From a virus (Duplodnaviria; Caudoviricetes), in IMG/VR virus record IMGVR_UViG_3300028534_000023, positions 9,641 through 73,640 of that record: 64,000 nt of DNA. One strand, written 5' to 3'. The translations under genes and the position numbers were made by a program. Numbering within the stretch: position 1 is the first letter of the stretch; each line of letters starts with the position of its first letter. Of the stretch, positions 1 through 9,783 are shown piece by piece. The notes under the pieces are model-generated. The model had not been told where the DNA came from, searched no databases, and was given only the letters and a program-made list of their open reading frames with translations.

Positions 1-519
1 GCTCGTATCATCTCCTTCTGTTTGTGGTAATCTTCTCATAAATTGCTTACAATCATCTTCAGTAATTTCATCTAACTGAATACTAATATTATCTGCTTGT
101 AGAGTTTTAAATGCTAATAATTTTGCTCTTTCTAACTCCTCTTCATATATATATTGTTTGATTTTATTCATAGCAGTGTCACACGTTTTCATAATTGCCT
201 GGTAGGCAGAATCTTTCCCTGATCCAGATGAGCTTAATACTACACCTATAAATGGAAGCCCTATGATGTCGTTACTGTAAACACTGTCATTTATACGTGG
301 TCTTAATTGTCCTATAACATGGTTAAATCCATACATAGCAGTAGTAGCTGCAGCCACTGTAGAAAATGCAGGTGATTTGGCAGTAACTAATGCTATGGCA
401 TCTTGCATCACTTTAGTAAGTCTATTAGGTTCGAATGTATTTCCTACTTTTATTACGTCTTTTAAGATTTTTTCATATTCTATTACTAGTTTTTCTGCTT
501 TTATTTTTCGTTGTTCCAT
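1..519 (-). CDS. Partial P-loop NTPase, probable primase/helicase-type replication protein (runs off the window edge)
   Basis: Manually translated open frame from ATG at 519, which overlaps the DNA pol stop (TAATG): MEQRKIKAEK...IGVVLSSSGSGKDSAYQA, a Walker-A-like SSGSGKD after a hydrophobic strand. Not in the ORF track. Confidence 0.6.
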   Translation of the reverse strand, partial: MEQRKIKAEKLVIEYEKILKDVIKVGNTFEPNRLTKVMQDAIALVTAKSPAFSTVAAATTAMYGFNHVIGQLRPRINDSVYSNDIIGLPFIGVVLSSSGSGKDSAYQAIMKTCDTAMNKIKQYIYEEELERAKLLAFKTLQADNISIQLDEITEDDCKQFMRRLPQTEGDDTS

Positions 520-3305
520 TAGTTACCTTCTTCGTTCAATAGAATTTTTAACTGTTCCAAAGATATATCGTTTTGTATTTCTTTAACATCAGCCCAGTTA
601 GAGTTTTTTGAAAAATCTACATCTAAGTTTGCATAGTTAGGTATTTTTTGTTGCACTATCCAATCCATCGTCATTAAATTTATTAATGTATTATTTACAA
701 AATACAGTATCTTAGCGTCTTTTTTTACTTCTAAATATATAGAATCGTATATTGTAGCTGTTATTTTTATGTCGTCTTGTAACCCTGCTTTATCTATCGC
801 TTTGTATAGTCTTGCATAAGCAATCGCAGTAAGTATACTCCAGAACTGCGAATTTGCATTGAATATTGTTCTAAATTCTTTATTTATATTACTGGATTTT
901 ATATAGCATCCTAAACCTAGGTATGATTCTCCAGTTTGTCTACATTCTGAAATAATACGTTCTTTCATTGTACCTATATCTTTGTATAACACATTCCAAT
1001 AATTGTCGTAAATTTCTTGTGTAATTACACCACCTTTATCACTATCTGGCATACCTAAGTATGCACATTTGAATGTAACTGGTTTAGAATTTTGTCTTAA
1101 TTTTTTTAATGTACTGTTATTTTCTACTTCATTTTTAAATCGTATTACTTTTTCGTTGTATGTTCCATCAGATCCTATTATCTTTTCAATCTGTTCTGTA
1201 TAATACCCCAATGCATTATAACAATGTGCATCTAAATTATTATCAAAAATAGCTTTTTTTCCAGCATCCCCTGACAATTCTGTAATTATTCTATCTTCTA
1301 GTTGTGCGTAATCTGAACCACACACTAAAAAATCTTTCTCTGCTGTAAAGCAAGCTTTTAACGGTTTAGCGTATTTACTATTAGATGATGGAGCATTTAA
1401 CATGTTTGGATTAGAACTTGTATATCTAAACGATTTTGCCCCAAATAAATTATAGTTTCCGTATAATCTTCCATCTACCGTATACTTTTTAAATGCTGCT
1501 ATGAAGTTTGTTTTTATAATGCTACTAAATGAAAATTCTATAAGCATTTGTGTTATTTCTCTTATATTCTCATCATTGGTAGTTTTGTTTACTATTTCTA
1601 TAGCCTCTCTACCCCACGACGGTTCACCTGTTGTTTTTGAGTATTTTTCTGGTTTGACTTCCAAGTATTTAAACAGCTCTATTTTTTGTTTTGATGATCC
1701 AGGATTAAATTTTAATTTTATATCAATATCTTCTATCTTTTTATCGTATTTCTTGTTATATATCTCTGCTTTGTCTTCTGCTAATTTTTGCATAGCTTGT
1801 TTTACGATAGTACTATCTTCGTTAAGAGTACCTTGTATCAAATCATTTAATATAGAAAGTTTTGTAGCCCTGTGTTTTTCATTTATGTTTATAAATTTTT
1901 TTATATCTGTTTTTGTCCATCGTATGGCTCCGTTTGGTAACTGTTTTTCTGGTATATACGAAAAATTTAGTGTAAGGTGTTCTAATACAGTGTTAGTTAA
2001 ATACGATATATGATCTATTTTCTTACTGTTAAATTCAGTAGGTAGGAACGCTGTTGCCTGTTTTTTCTTGTTTTGCAGTTCGTTTATTGTACAGTCGTAT
2101 AAATTTTTTTCTTTCATTTTTAGAAAGTTTTTTATTAATTCATTGTTATGAAGTGTTTCATCAACTGTATTTAATACTTTTACTATAGTATTTTCAAGCT
2201 CTTCTACTTTATTTTCGTCTATTTTAATTCCAGTCATCATAAGACGTACTGTAGGGTAAATTAGATGTTTTACTACATTTTCATAAAAATACCTTCTAGT
2301 TACTCTATTGTCTTTTTCTTTAGGGTTTGATGCAGGTAAAACACTATCTATTCCAACTGTATAATCTTCTGTATCTACTTTTTTAAAGTTTTTGTGTCTA
2401 TTTGCTTTATTAAACAAATAAAATGTAGCCATTGTATCTATACCAGCATAGTAAATCACATTTTCGTTTAATATGTTATCTACTGTAAATAGATTTGATA
2501 TACCTTCTCCCCAATTTCCGTATACTTCCTTTGCCAGTGTTTTTAGTCCTACTTCAGCTTTTTCTGAATTTGCATCATTTAATATAGTTTTCCACATTAG
2601 CATCGTATCATCTACTATAGTTTTTGGAAATTTTGAAGTTCTATCATATACTATTTTAAGATCAAATGTAGCGTTATGCCATATTTGTTTTTTGTCTGTA
2701 GTAACTAACCAATTACATATTTCTTTATCTAATGTTTCTGATGTTACTGGCAGCACATAAGATGTTTCTTCATCCACAGCTATTGATATGTGAGTAATTG
2801 TTGTAAGTTTAGGGTACGATAAACCCGTTGCTTCTATTTTTTGTACTAATTTTGTTATTTCTTTATCATCAGTACATGTACTTAATTTTGTTTTCAGTTC
2901 TTTTTGACAACTAGTTGATGAATATTTAGATGCAGTTTCAAAATCACATGCAATTGTATCGTAGTCCGATATTTTTGTAATAAGTTCGTGCAACGAATTT
3001 ACTTTAGTTACTGAAGTGTTTATTACAGCTCTGCGTATATCCAAGTGTGTTATATTAGCTATATGATCTACATAAACTATTTTTTCGTAGTTCAGCGTAT
3101 TAATATTTTTGTTATCTGTAATTAAAATTTTATTTGTAGTTATCTCTAGTAAATTATCTGTATATCCTACCAAGTGAGCTATTGATCCCCAATATTTTTT
3201 ATATGACTTTAAAGCTAACATTAAATTATTTCGATATGTACTATGCATATATACTACTACAGCAGGGTCTGCGCTTTGTTTGAACGTTGTCATATTAATC
3301 TCCAT
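519..3305 (-). CDS. polA: Family A DNA polymerase with 3'-5' exonuclease domain
   Basis: Exo motifs DFET, WHNATFDL, YAGIDT; polymerase motif A DYAQLEDR, motif B RQNSKPVTFKCAYLG, motif C TIYDSIY; GRLYGNY..GAKSFRYTSSNPNMLNAP. Confidence 0.95.
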   Translation of the reverse strand: MEINMTTFKQSADPAVVVYMHSTYRNNLMLALKSYKKYWGSIAHLVGYTDNLLEITTNKILITDNKNINTLNYEKIVYVDHIANITHLDIRRAVINTSVTKVNSLHELITKISDYDTIACDFETASKYSSTSCQKELKTKLSTCTDDKEITKLVQKIEATGLSYPKLTTITHISIAVDEETSYVLPVTSETLDKEICNWLVTTDKKQIWHNATFDLKIVYDRTSKFPKTIVDDTMLMWKTILNDANSEKAEVGLKTLAKEVYGNWGEGISNLFTVDNILNENVIYYAGIDTMATFYLFNKANRHKNFKKVDTEDYTVGIDSVLPASNPKEKDNRVTRRYFYENVVKHLIYPTVRLMMTGIKIDENKVEELENTIVKVLNTVDETLHNNELIKNFLKMKEKNLYDCTINELQNKKKQATAFLPTEFNSKKIDHISYLTNTVLEHLTLNFSYIPEKQLPNGAIRWTKTDIKKFININEKHRATKLSILNDLIQGTLNEDSTIVKQAMQKLAEDKAEIYNKKYDKKIEDIDIKLKFNPGSSKQKIELFKYLEVKPEKYSKTTGEPSWGREAIEIVNKTTNDENIREITQMLIEFSFSSIIKTNFIAAFKKYTVDGRLYGNYNLFGAKSFRYTSSNPNMLNAPSSNSKYAKPLKACFTAEKDFLVCGSDYAQLEDRIITELSGDAGKKAIFDNNLDAHCYNALGYYTEQIEKIIGSDGTYNEKVIRFKNEVENNSTLKKLRQNSKPVTFKCAYLGMPDSDKGGVITQEIYDNYWNVLYKDIGTMKERIISECRQTGESYLGLGCYIKSSNINKEFRTIFNANSQFWSILTAIAYARLYKAIDKAGLQDDIKITATIYDSIYLEVKKDAKILYFVNNTLINLMTMDWIVQQKIPNYANLDVDFSKNSNWADVKEIQNDISLEQLKILLNEEGN

Positions 3306-3403
3306 ATTGTTTTGTTATACTGCCGTGTTGTAGTTATGTTTTTTATACGGTTCAGTTTATTAAATACTGTCCATTCAAGCAGCTATGTAAAAATTTTATT
3401 TAT

Positions 3404-3613
3404 TATATATCTAGTCGGCATTTAACTTTATAGATTGTACAAGTATATTTCATAAGGAAAGATAGCTGTTAGCGTTAATTTTAATAGATATACACAATGT
3501 CTACTGAGTGAAATAACACCTGTGTTGTTTTGAATAAATGGTTGTTATGATAACGTTTAGAGAAAAATATTATCACTTGTAACAACCTAGGTTAAATGCC
3601 TACTAGATACATA
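3404..3613. repeat. 23-bp imperfect inverted repeat (21/23) bracketing ~165 bp; a 13-bp direct repeat tgtacaagtatat lies at 3436 and 3620
   Basis: 3404-3426 tatatatctagtcggcatttaac versus the reverse complement of 3591-3613, tatgtatctagtaggcatttaac. Confidence 0.8.
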
Positions 3614-3693
3614 ATTTAGTGTACAAGTATATGCTAATTCATATTAAATTAGCATTAATACTTGTTATATAATTTTTGGTATTTATTATTTTA

Positions 3694-5142
3694 TCATAGG
3701 TACGTAGCATTGTTTACTTGCACCCTTGCACGCGTCACTGCTACATAGTATGTATATAACTTTGTTATTTCTTGTTCGTCCAATTGTTCTCCTATGGAAT
3801 GTTTAAATACTACATCTTCTATCAATTCATTCATAGAGTCAGCTAAAGTTACTTTGTCAAATGTAGCACCTTTACTGGTATGAGCTGTAAGTAATACTAA
3901 TGATGCATTTGTGTTTTTGTGCTTTTTAGCGCTGTTGTACGCATTTATTATTGTTTGTGGACCATGTACACGTATAAGTTTTACTGCTTGTTGCAGTTCA
4001 ATATCATCAGGGATTTTTTCTGCTAGAAATGAAGTTTTTGGTAGTTTAGTATTTCCTAATTTATATAGGCTATGCCATTTATTTACTATTTCTTGATATT
4101 CTTTAAATCTATCTCTCAATTCTACCATACCTGGTTTTGTTGAAATTACTGCTAAAGGTACTTCAAACATTTGTTTTATTTTTGTTGCAGTGGCTAGTTT
4201 AAATTCGATGTCGTTTTTTTCACATTCTATCATCTTATTTATCAACCCTGCATTTGTGGCAGATATATAAGCCTCTGTTTTTATTTTGTAATTTTCGTCA
4301 TAGTTCGTACCAGTAAAGGTAAAAGAATTGTCAAAATACATACGTGCAAAAATTTCAACTCTTTTTGCTATAGATTTCGAACATCTAAACGATTTGCTTA
4401 GTGGTAGTGTTTTAGCTTCAGGGAAATACTTAAACGCATCTACACAGCCAATAAAATCAAATATTCGCTGTGCAGGGTCTCCAAGCAGTATTTTTTTATC
4501 TGCTGGATATTTTTTTACAATATCTAATGTAATTGGAGTAATGTCGTTTGCTTCGTCCACTATCAATAGATCTACTTGATCTAGCTTTAATTTGTCTTTC
4601 ATTACATAAATATGAAATTTTTTTAGATAAAAATCGTGAGTGCTTTGAAGTTCTCCTTTACTCATAGCGTTTAGTATTTTTTGCCCTGCACTTATTGCAA
4701 ACACGTTTTTTTCTCGTACGGCAATGCAATACTCTTTAAATGACAATTCTGTAGAAGAACAAAACCCGTCTATAAGTTGTGTAGCACTCAAAAAGTGTTT
4801 CCAAGATATTTTAAACTCTTTTGGTATACTTTTCCATTGTACAAAAGGCGTTTTTGATACAGTCATATTAGAACTTTTTACTATATAGTGATATGCTAAT
4901 TGATGTAAATTACTTACTATCGCAGTGTTTGAAAAACCTTTTTTAGCTTCATCTGCAGCCATTCTTCCATAAACAAGATAGCGTACCGTTCTTTTTGGAT
5001 ACGTATTTTTATACCTCTTTACTGCCTCAACTGATGTAGAACTTTTTGAAGTACCTGCCCGTGCTTTTATTAAAACTATTTTCTCAGTTCCGTATAAAAT
5101 TTCTTGTATAATATTTTCTTGTTCTTCTGTCCAATCGTACAT
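3694..5142 (-). CDS. Superfamily 1 (UvrD/Rep-like) DNA helicase
   Basis: Motifs ARAGTSKS (I), IVDEAND (II), GDPAQRI (III), LSKSFRC (IV), TAHTSKGATFD (V), YYVAVTRAR (VI). Confidence 0.9.
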   Translation of the reverse strand: MYDWTEEQENIIQEILYGTEKIVLIKARAGTSKSSTSVEAVKRYKNTYPKRTVRYLVYGRMAADEAKKGFSNTAIVSNLHQLAYHYIVKSSNMTVSKTPFVQWKSIPKEFKISWKHFLSATQLIDGFCSSTELSFKEYCIAVREKNVFAISAGQKILNAMSKGELQSTHDFYLKKFHIYVMKDKLKLDQVDLLIVDEANDITPITLDIVKKYPADKKILLGDPAQRIFDFIGCVDAFKYFPEAKTLPLSKSFRCSKSIAKRVEIFARMYFDNSFTFTGTNYDENYKIKTEAYISATNAGLINKMIECEKNDIEFKLATATKIKQMFEVPLAVISTKPGMVELRDRFKEYQEIVNKWHSLYKLGNTKLPKTSFLAEKIPDDIELQQAVKLIRVHGPQTIINAYNSAKKHKNTNASLVLLTAHTSKGATFDKVTLADSMNELIEDVVFKHSIGEQLDEQEITKLYTYYVAVTRARVQVNNATYL

Positions 5143-5187
5143 TATGCACCTTATATATTAATATATTTAGTTACGTTTATAGTGTAG

Positions 5188-6054
5188 TTATATTTCTTCA
5201 TTCATAGGTTTATAAAGACAATGTAATGATTTAAGTCTATTGTCTTGACCTATTATTCCACGATGTGACGGATTTTCTATATAATGTAACACTGCATCAG
5301 ATATAGTTGAAAATATGTTATCCATCATTTCTAAATCCTTTTCAGTAATGTGTTCTTCTAGTACGTACGTTTCTGATGGGTATGACTTTAGTGGTTTACC
5401 TGTTCTTTCAGATAAACCTCCATCTATATTTGTAGAAATATACACTATACGATAGTGAGTCACATCAACTCCTTCATCTCTTAATATTTTTGCATAAGTT
5501 AAAGCTTGTAACTTATAACCATATGGTATTGATTTGATACGCTGTTTTGAAGAAGTAGTTTTATAGTCTACTATACAAGTACCTGGTTGATGTAATCCAT
5601 TCACATCAATAAAATTTTTCACTGTAAGGTCTATTGAACCACCTATATACACTTGTTTATTCATTTGTTTGATAACGAATTGTTCGGAAGTAGGTGATTG
5701 TTGTAAGATACCGTTAGAATCTATATATAGTTTAGCTACTTCAACCATGAAAGGTAATTGATAATAAATGTAGTCAATATCTAAATCAGGTATTACTGCA
5801 GATTGTTCAGCTATGTATTTATCTATTTCTAGCTTTGATTCAGGTTGGTTGGTAACGTAACATTCAAGATAATAATGTACTATAGTTCCAAGTACTGATG
5901 CAGTTGATCCAATAAACCCATCTTCTCCGTGCAAATTTTCTCTAAACCACTTTGATGTAGATGTAAAGTATTTACTTATTTGCGAAGCACCTATACGTAT
6001 TGTGTTTTTTGGCATAAGATGCTTTCCGTCGTTATATTCTAGCGTTGGTTTCAT
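5188..6054 (-). CDS. PD-(D/E)XK (RecB/Cas4-like) exonuclease
   Basis: GTIVHYYLE, SEQFV, GGSIDL, IVDYKTT, YKLQALTY: typical phage exonuclease motifs. Confidence 0.85.
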   Translation of the reverse strand: MKPTLEYNDGKHLMPKNTIRIGASQISKYFTSTSKWFRENLHGEDGFIGSTASVLGTIVHYYLECYVTNQPESKLEIDKYIAEQSAVIPDLDIDYIYYQLPFMVEVAKLYIDSNGILQQSPTSEQFVIKQMNKQVYIGGSIDLTVKNFIDVNGLHQPGTCIVDYKTTSSKQRIKSIPYGYKLQALTYAKILRDEGVDVTHYRIVYISTNIDGGLSERTGKPLKSYPSETYVLEEHITEKDLEMMDNIFSTISDAVLHYIENPSHRGIIGQDNRLKSLHCLYKPMNEEI

Positions 6055-6318
6055 GTGTTCTCCTTTGTATTTATATGTACTGTTGTTTGATACTTATCTT
6101 ATTGCAATAATATATTTAATCTGTTTTTAGAATTTTATCAGCTTTTATTGTACTTTTTATTTAATTAATTGCACTTTTTATATAAATCTAATTTACAATG
6201 TATTTTATTCAGATAGTGATTTTTATAATAAATTTGAATACAAATTTTAATCTTTTTGTAAAATACGTTTTAGATCGATATACATTTGTACCACACACTG
6301 CTAACACTGTAGTTAAAT

Positions 6319-6681
6319 TTATCTAAGTAAGTTAAATTTCTGTGAATTTAGAATATCACATATTTTTTCTGCGTCTTCCTTTGTTTTAAAGTATACTTTT
6401 GTTGGAGAGCAGTATCTATAAGCATTGCTATTGTCTAAACACCAATAATCGTGATCTAAATTTTTGATTATAGAAAAATTTGTCGCTCCATGAGAATATC
6501 TAAATTCATAGCCCCTACTGTTTGGACATTCTGCATCTCTAATAGCTAACAATCGAAGAAACATTTTTATTTGCTTTATTGCTTTTTTTGTTGTCTCTAT
6601 ATCATTTCTAAAAATACCATCTTCTGTAAATATGTCAGATGAGATTAAAAATTTGTTTTCTTGTAGTTTTATTTGTTTCAT
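6319..6681 (-). CDS. Hypothetical protein
   Basis: 120-aa ORF in operon orientation, with a weak AGGA RBS upstream. Confidence 0.6.
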   Translation of the reverse strand: MKQIKLQENKFLISSDIFTEDGIFRNDIETTKKAIKQIKMFLRLLAIRDAECPNSRGYEFRYSHGATNFSIIKNLDHDYWCLDNSNAYRYCSPTKVYFKTKEDAEKICDILNSQKFNLLR

Positions 6682-6810
6682 ACTTTGTTCCTAAAATAAG
6701 TTTTCACTATTATATGAAGCTGCTAGTGTTTATAAAAAGTTCTAACACCCAATAACTAAATCTTTATTTTTATCATACTTTAAATCATCTTTCTAACCGT
6801 CTTATCATTA

Positions 6811-6942
6811 TTAATTCTCCTCTTTTTCACCATCTATAGTATTTTTCAACTCCTCTATCTCATCATTTGTTAGCATGGCTGCTCTACGCATGATAGTATC
6901 AATAGCTTCTACTGCAGAATACTTATCATATCTATTAATCAT
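6811..6942 (-). CDS. Small hypothetical protein (43 aa)
   Basis: Manual translation MINRYDKYSAVEAIDTIMRRAAMLTNDEIEELKNTIDGEKEEN, with a strong GGAGGAG RBS. Confidence 0.6.
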   Translation of the reverse strand: MINRYDKYSAVEAIDTIMRRAAMLTNDEIEELKNTIDGEKEEN

Positions 6943-6975
6943 AATCACTCCTCCAAATCTTCTATTTATACGATA

Positions 6976-7269
6976 TTATGTTAATTTCTTTTCTTTTAAA
7001 AACTCATCCGTTTTTTCCATATTATACTTATCACTATATGGATCACACTCTTCATAAAGAGCCAACTTACAACATATTTTCACAATATCTTTATACCCCT
7101 CCTCATTTGCTATAGTTGCTATTTTTAACAATTTACTATGTAAGATAATCAAAGGCTGTTTCATCGCCCACATATTTTCATTATTATGCAAAATTTCTTC
7201 AAATAGAGACTTTACGTTTATTTTCCATTCTGCTTTTTTAAATTCACTGCTCATACTGTAATTCTCCAT
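6976..7269 (-). CDS. Hypothetical protein
   Basis: 97-aa ORF in operon orientation. Confidence 0.6.
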   Translation of the reverse strand: MENYSMSSEFKKAEWKINVKSLFEEILHNNENMWAMKQPLIILHSKLLKIATIANEEGYKDIVKICCKLALYEECDPYSDKYNMEKTDEFLKEKKLT

Positions 7270-7462
7270 ATTTTACACTTACTAATACTCTTGTAAACCA
7301 GTGACTAAACATATCTAGTTTGTGTTTATCCATCTTGTATTCGTTGTTTTCTTTTCTCACAGTTTCATATTCAAGATAAAACCCCTCACCAACTTATACT
7401 TTGTCACCTACATAAATAGGAACTCCTTTGCAATCAAAATATTGTGTAAATTCTATATCCAT
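7244..7462 (-). pseudogene. YopX-like small gene interrupted by one in-frame TAA (7394-7396)
   Basis: MDIEFTQYFDCKGVPIYVGDKV*VGEGFYLEYE...; the Q..D..G..IY.GD motif is YopX-like; AGGA RBS upstream. Confidence 0.6.
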
Positions 7463-7617
7463 GTGTTATTTCCTATAAATTTATGTTGTCGTCAACACGT
7501 GTTTGAGTACTACTATTTTATAAAGTAATTTATTTCTTATATAGCGAGTAAACTATAATTTAATTATGTGGTTTATTTACTTCATAATCTGTTTTTAAAG
7601 TTGTGTTATAGTATATT

Positions 7618-7860
7618 TTAATCATTTAAGTTATTCTTTAAGCACCTGTATAGGTCGTATGGTATGCCTAACACTTGTTCAATTGTTCGACGCTTATGAT
7701 GTACAAGGTATCGTAAGATTGTAAATTCTCTCACTTCTTTACCTTGTTGTATATACCCACCGTATTTTTTACCATCTATTTCTACTGCGTACGTAAATAC
7801 GGGTAGTTCCTGTGCGAATTTAGGTAATGTTTTTATAAAAGTGTGTTTGATTTTTATCAT
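7618..7860 (-). CDS. Hypothetical protein
   Basis: 80-aa ORF with a GGA RBS, in operon orientation. Confidence 0.6.
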   Translation of the reverse strand: MIKIKHTFIKTLPKFAQELPVFTYAVEIDGKKYGGYIQQGKEVREFTILRYLVHHKRRTIEQVLGIPYDLYRCLKNNLND

Positions 7861-7880
7861 CAGTTATCCTATAATATGGT

Positions 7881-8375
7881 ATGAATTTATTAAATCAGAT
7901 GGCTCAGTCTTATGAAGGAGCTGAAGAAAGATCGGTATATATTATGAAAGTTAAATTTCGTAAAGGTAAAAGTTATAAAGTACTATACAAAATAGGAATA
8001 GCTAAAGATGCTCCAAAAAGAGCTAGTCAAATATTATTGAGCTTTTTTCAAAAAAGAAGATATTTTCCAGAACTTCAAATATTAAGATTTAGAAAAATAG
8101 CTAACTATTTTGAAATTGAGACTAAACTACATCAGATATACGCTGAGTATAGATACGATTTTAAAAAATTGCAGTTCGATGGTTCGAATGAGTTCTTTGA
8201 CGTAAATGAAAACAAACTGCTAGAACTGTATGATGAAATTATACCTACTAAGAAAAATAAAATGTATGTAGCTAAGTTACCAGAATGGGCTTATTTAGAC
8301 GAAGAGAAAGAGCAAATAAGTAACGAAGCAATACAAGAAGACTCAGATGGGTACGTTATTAACATGCATAATTAA
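7881..8375 (+). CDS. T5orf172/MUG113-type GIY-YIG domain protein
   Basis: VYIM...LYKIGIAKDAPKRASQ...EIETKLHQ...DGSNEFF pattern. Runs opposite to its neighbours; TATAAT lies 5 nt upstream of the ATG. Confidence 0.75.
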   Translation: MNLLNQMAQSYEGAEERSVYIMKVKFRKGKSYKVLYKIGIAKDAPKRASQILLSFFQKRRYFPELQILRFRKIANYFEIETKLHQIYAEYRYDFKKLQFDGSNEFFDVNENKLLELYDEIIPTKKNKMYVAKLPEWAYLDEEKEQISNEAIQEDSDGYVINMHN

Positions 8376-8390
8376 AATACTTTGTGTTTT

Positions 8391-9203
8391 TTAAAATGTA
8401 AATCCTAAAACTTCGATATCTTTTCTAAAATCTTCTATCAATTTTGGTAATCTTGCTTTTAAAAGCTCTTCGTTTTGTAATTGTTTAAGTGTAGCATCTT
8501 CCCATACTGCAGACTTTCTAGCTGCAGTTAAGTTCGGTTCAATTGCTTCACACCATTTAATAGGAATTTTTATAAATTCGTATTCATATGTTCTTAGCGC
8601 TTCTAAAAATTCTTCTGCTTCTCTTAAACTATTAAACGGTGCTTTATACCATTTACTACTTTCGTTATCTTTTATAAACCCTGTTAATGAATATCTATCT
8701 GAATAAGTACAATTATTATTTCCATCGTATTTTATTGGTTTCGCTTCTATGTTATAAAAATCACCCACACTGTTAAGATATTTCCAAAACCCTTTAGCCT
8801 GTTCTTTAAATGTAAATGGTGCTTTTTTAAATTTTAGTCTTGTGTCCCATTTTACAGCTTCTCCTATCTCTTTGCCTTGATGTGTTCTGTCTCTTGAATG
8901 GTAAAGTGTATTTGCTATATAGTGCATAGGTCCATCACTATTCATAAAATGCCATTTAATAAGATGCTTAAATTCAGGATAGTATTTAACTATTTCTTCG
9001 TGGATACATCCACAAGTTAAAAGATGTTTGTCTGCTCTTGATGTTGGGTGTTCATAAAGACTCCCTGTTATTGTAAATGTATTATGCCCATTCCTGCAGT
9101 TATCATCATATCTTATTTCAACCTCTATTCTCCCTCTTGCACCATCTACCATAACTTGCTTTGAAAACACTTTTTTTTGATCTCGTGTTAAAATTGATTT
9201 CAT
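8391..9203 (-). CDS. Phage hypothetical protein
   Basis: 270-aa ORF with AGGAG RBS; contains YDDNCRNGHNTFTITG...GCIHEEI. Confidence 0.7.
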   Translation of the reverse strand: MKSILTRDQKKVFSKQVMVDGARGRIEVEIRYDDNCRNGHNTFTITGSLYEHPTSRADKHLLTCGCIHEEIVKYYPEFKHLIKWHFMNSDGPMHYIANTLYHSRDRTHQGKEIGEAVKWDTRLKFKKAPFTFKEQAKGFWKYLNSVGDFYNIEAKPIKYDGNNNCTYSDRYSLTGFIKDNESSKWYKAPFNSLREAEEFLEALRTYEYEFIKIPIKWCEAIEPNLTAARKSAVWEDATLKQLQNEELLKARLPKLIEDFRKDIEVLGFTF

Positions 9204-9293
9204 ATTTAACTCCTTTTATTTTAGTTTTTTGTTTATCTGTAACCTATCTAGTATACCTAAGTTAAAATTTATGCAGTTACTGTGCAGTATATG

Positions 9294-9702
9294 CTATTCT
9301 AGTATACAACCTTCTATATGTTGATAACGGACTTTACGGTAGATTTCAATTCTAGTGTCTTTGTCCGAAAGTTGTTCTCTGGTGTGAGTGAGTTGTATTA
9401 TTGAATGAATAGTATGGAATATAGATATATCTTGAGATTCTTTATACAACATAATGTTTATTTTAGGTTCATAAAATATATTATTGATTTCATATATATC
9501 GATACACTTATGTCCACACGCTGAACCTCTGTAGCTTTTTTTGTTTGTACATGTATTTTTAAGATAGGTATTGTTAGCTTTAAGAAATTCGCGTAATTGT
9601 TTAGTGTCATTTATAATTATATCGTAGTCTGATTTGTCAGAATCTACTGTCAGTTAGTATTCCACCGAAGTCATTTATGAGTACATTTCTAAGTAATTTC
9701 AT
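9294..9702 (-). pseudogene. Possible frameshifted nucleotidyltransferase (pol-beta superfamily)
   Basis: MKLLRNVLINDFGGIL joined by a +1 shift near 9654 to LTVDSDKSDYDIII... (about 115 open codons) reconstitutes the hG[GS]x10DhD motif. Confidence 0.4.
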
Positions 9703-9783
9703 ACAATATCATAAATGTTTGTACATATGAGTATATGATTCATTATAGTTCTATATTTTGTCGTTTTCTGTAGAATGTTTGAT

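Noticed and set aside
6055-6285. A frame with nine TAA and no TAG/TGA that reads protein-like if TAA is taken as Glu, in frame with the nuclease
   Set aside because: The region is extremely A-rich, there is no RBS, and another frame has a longer open stretch. Out-of-frame T-AAA produces such TAA runs by chance.
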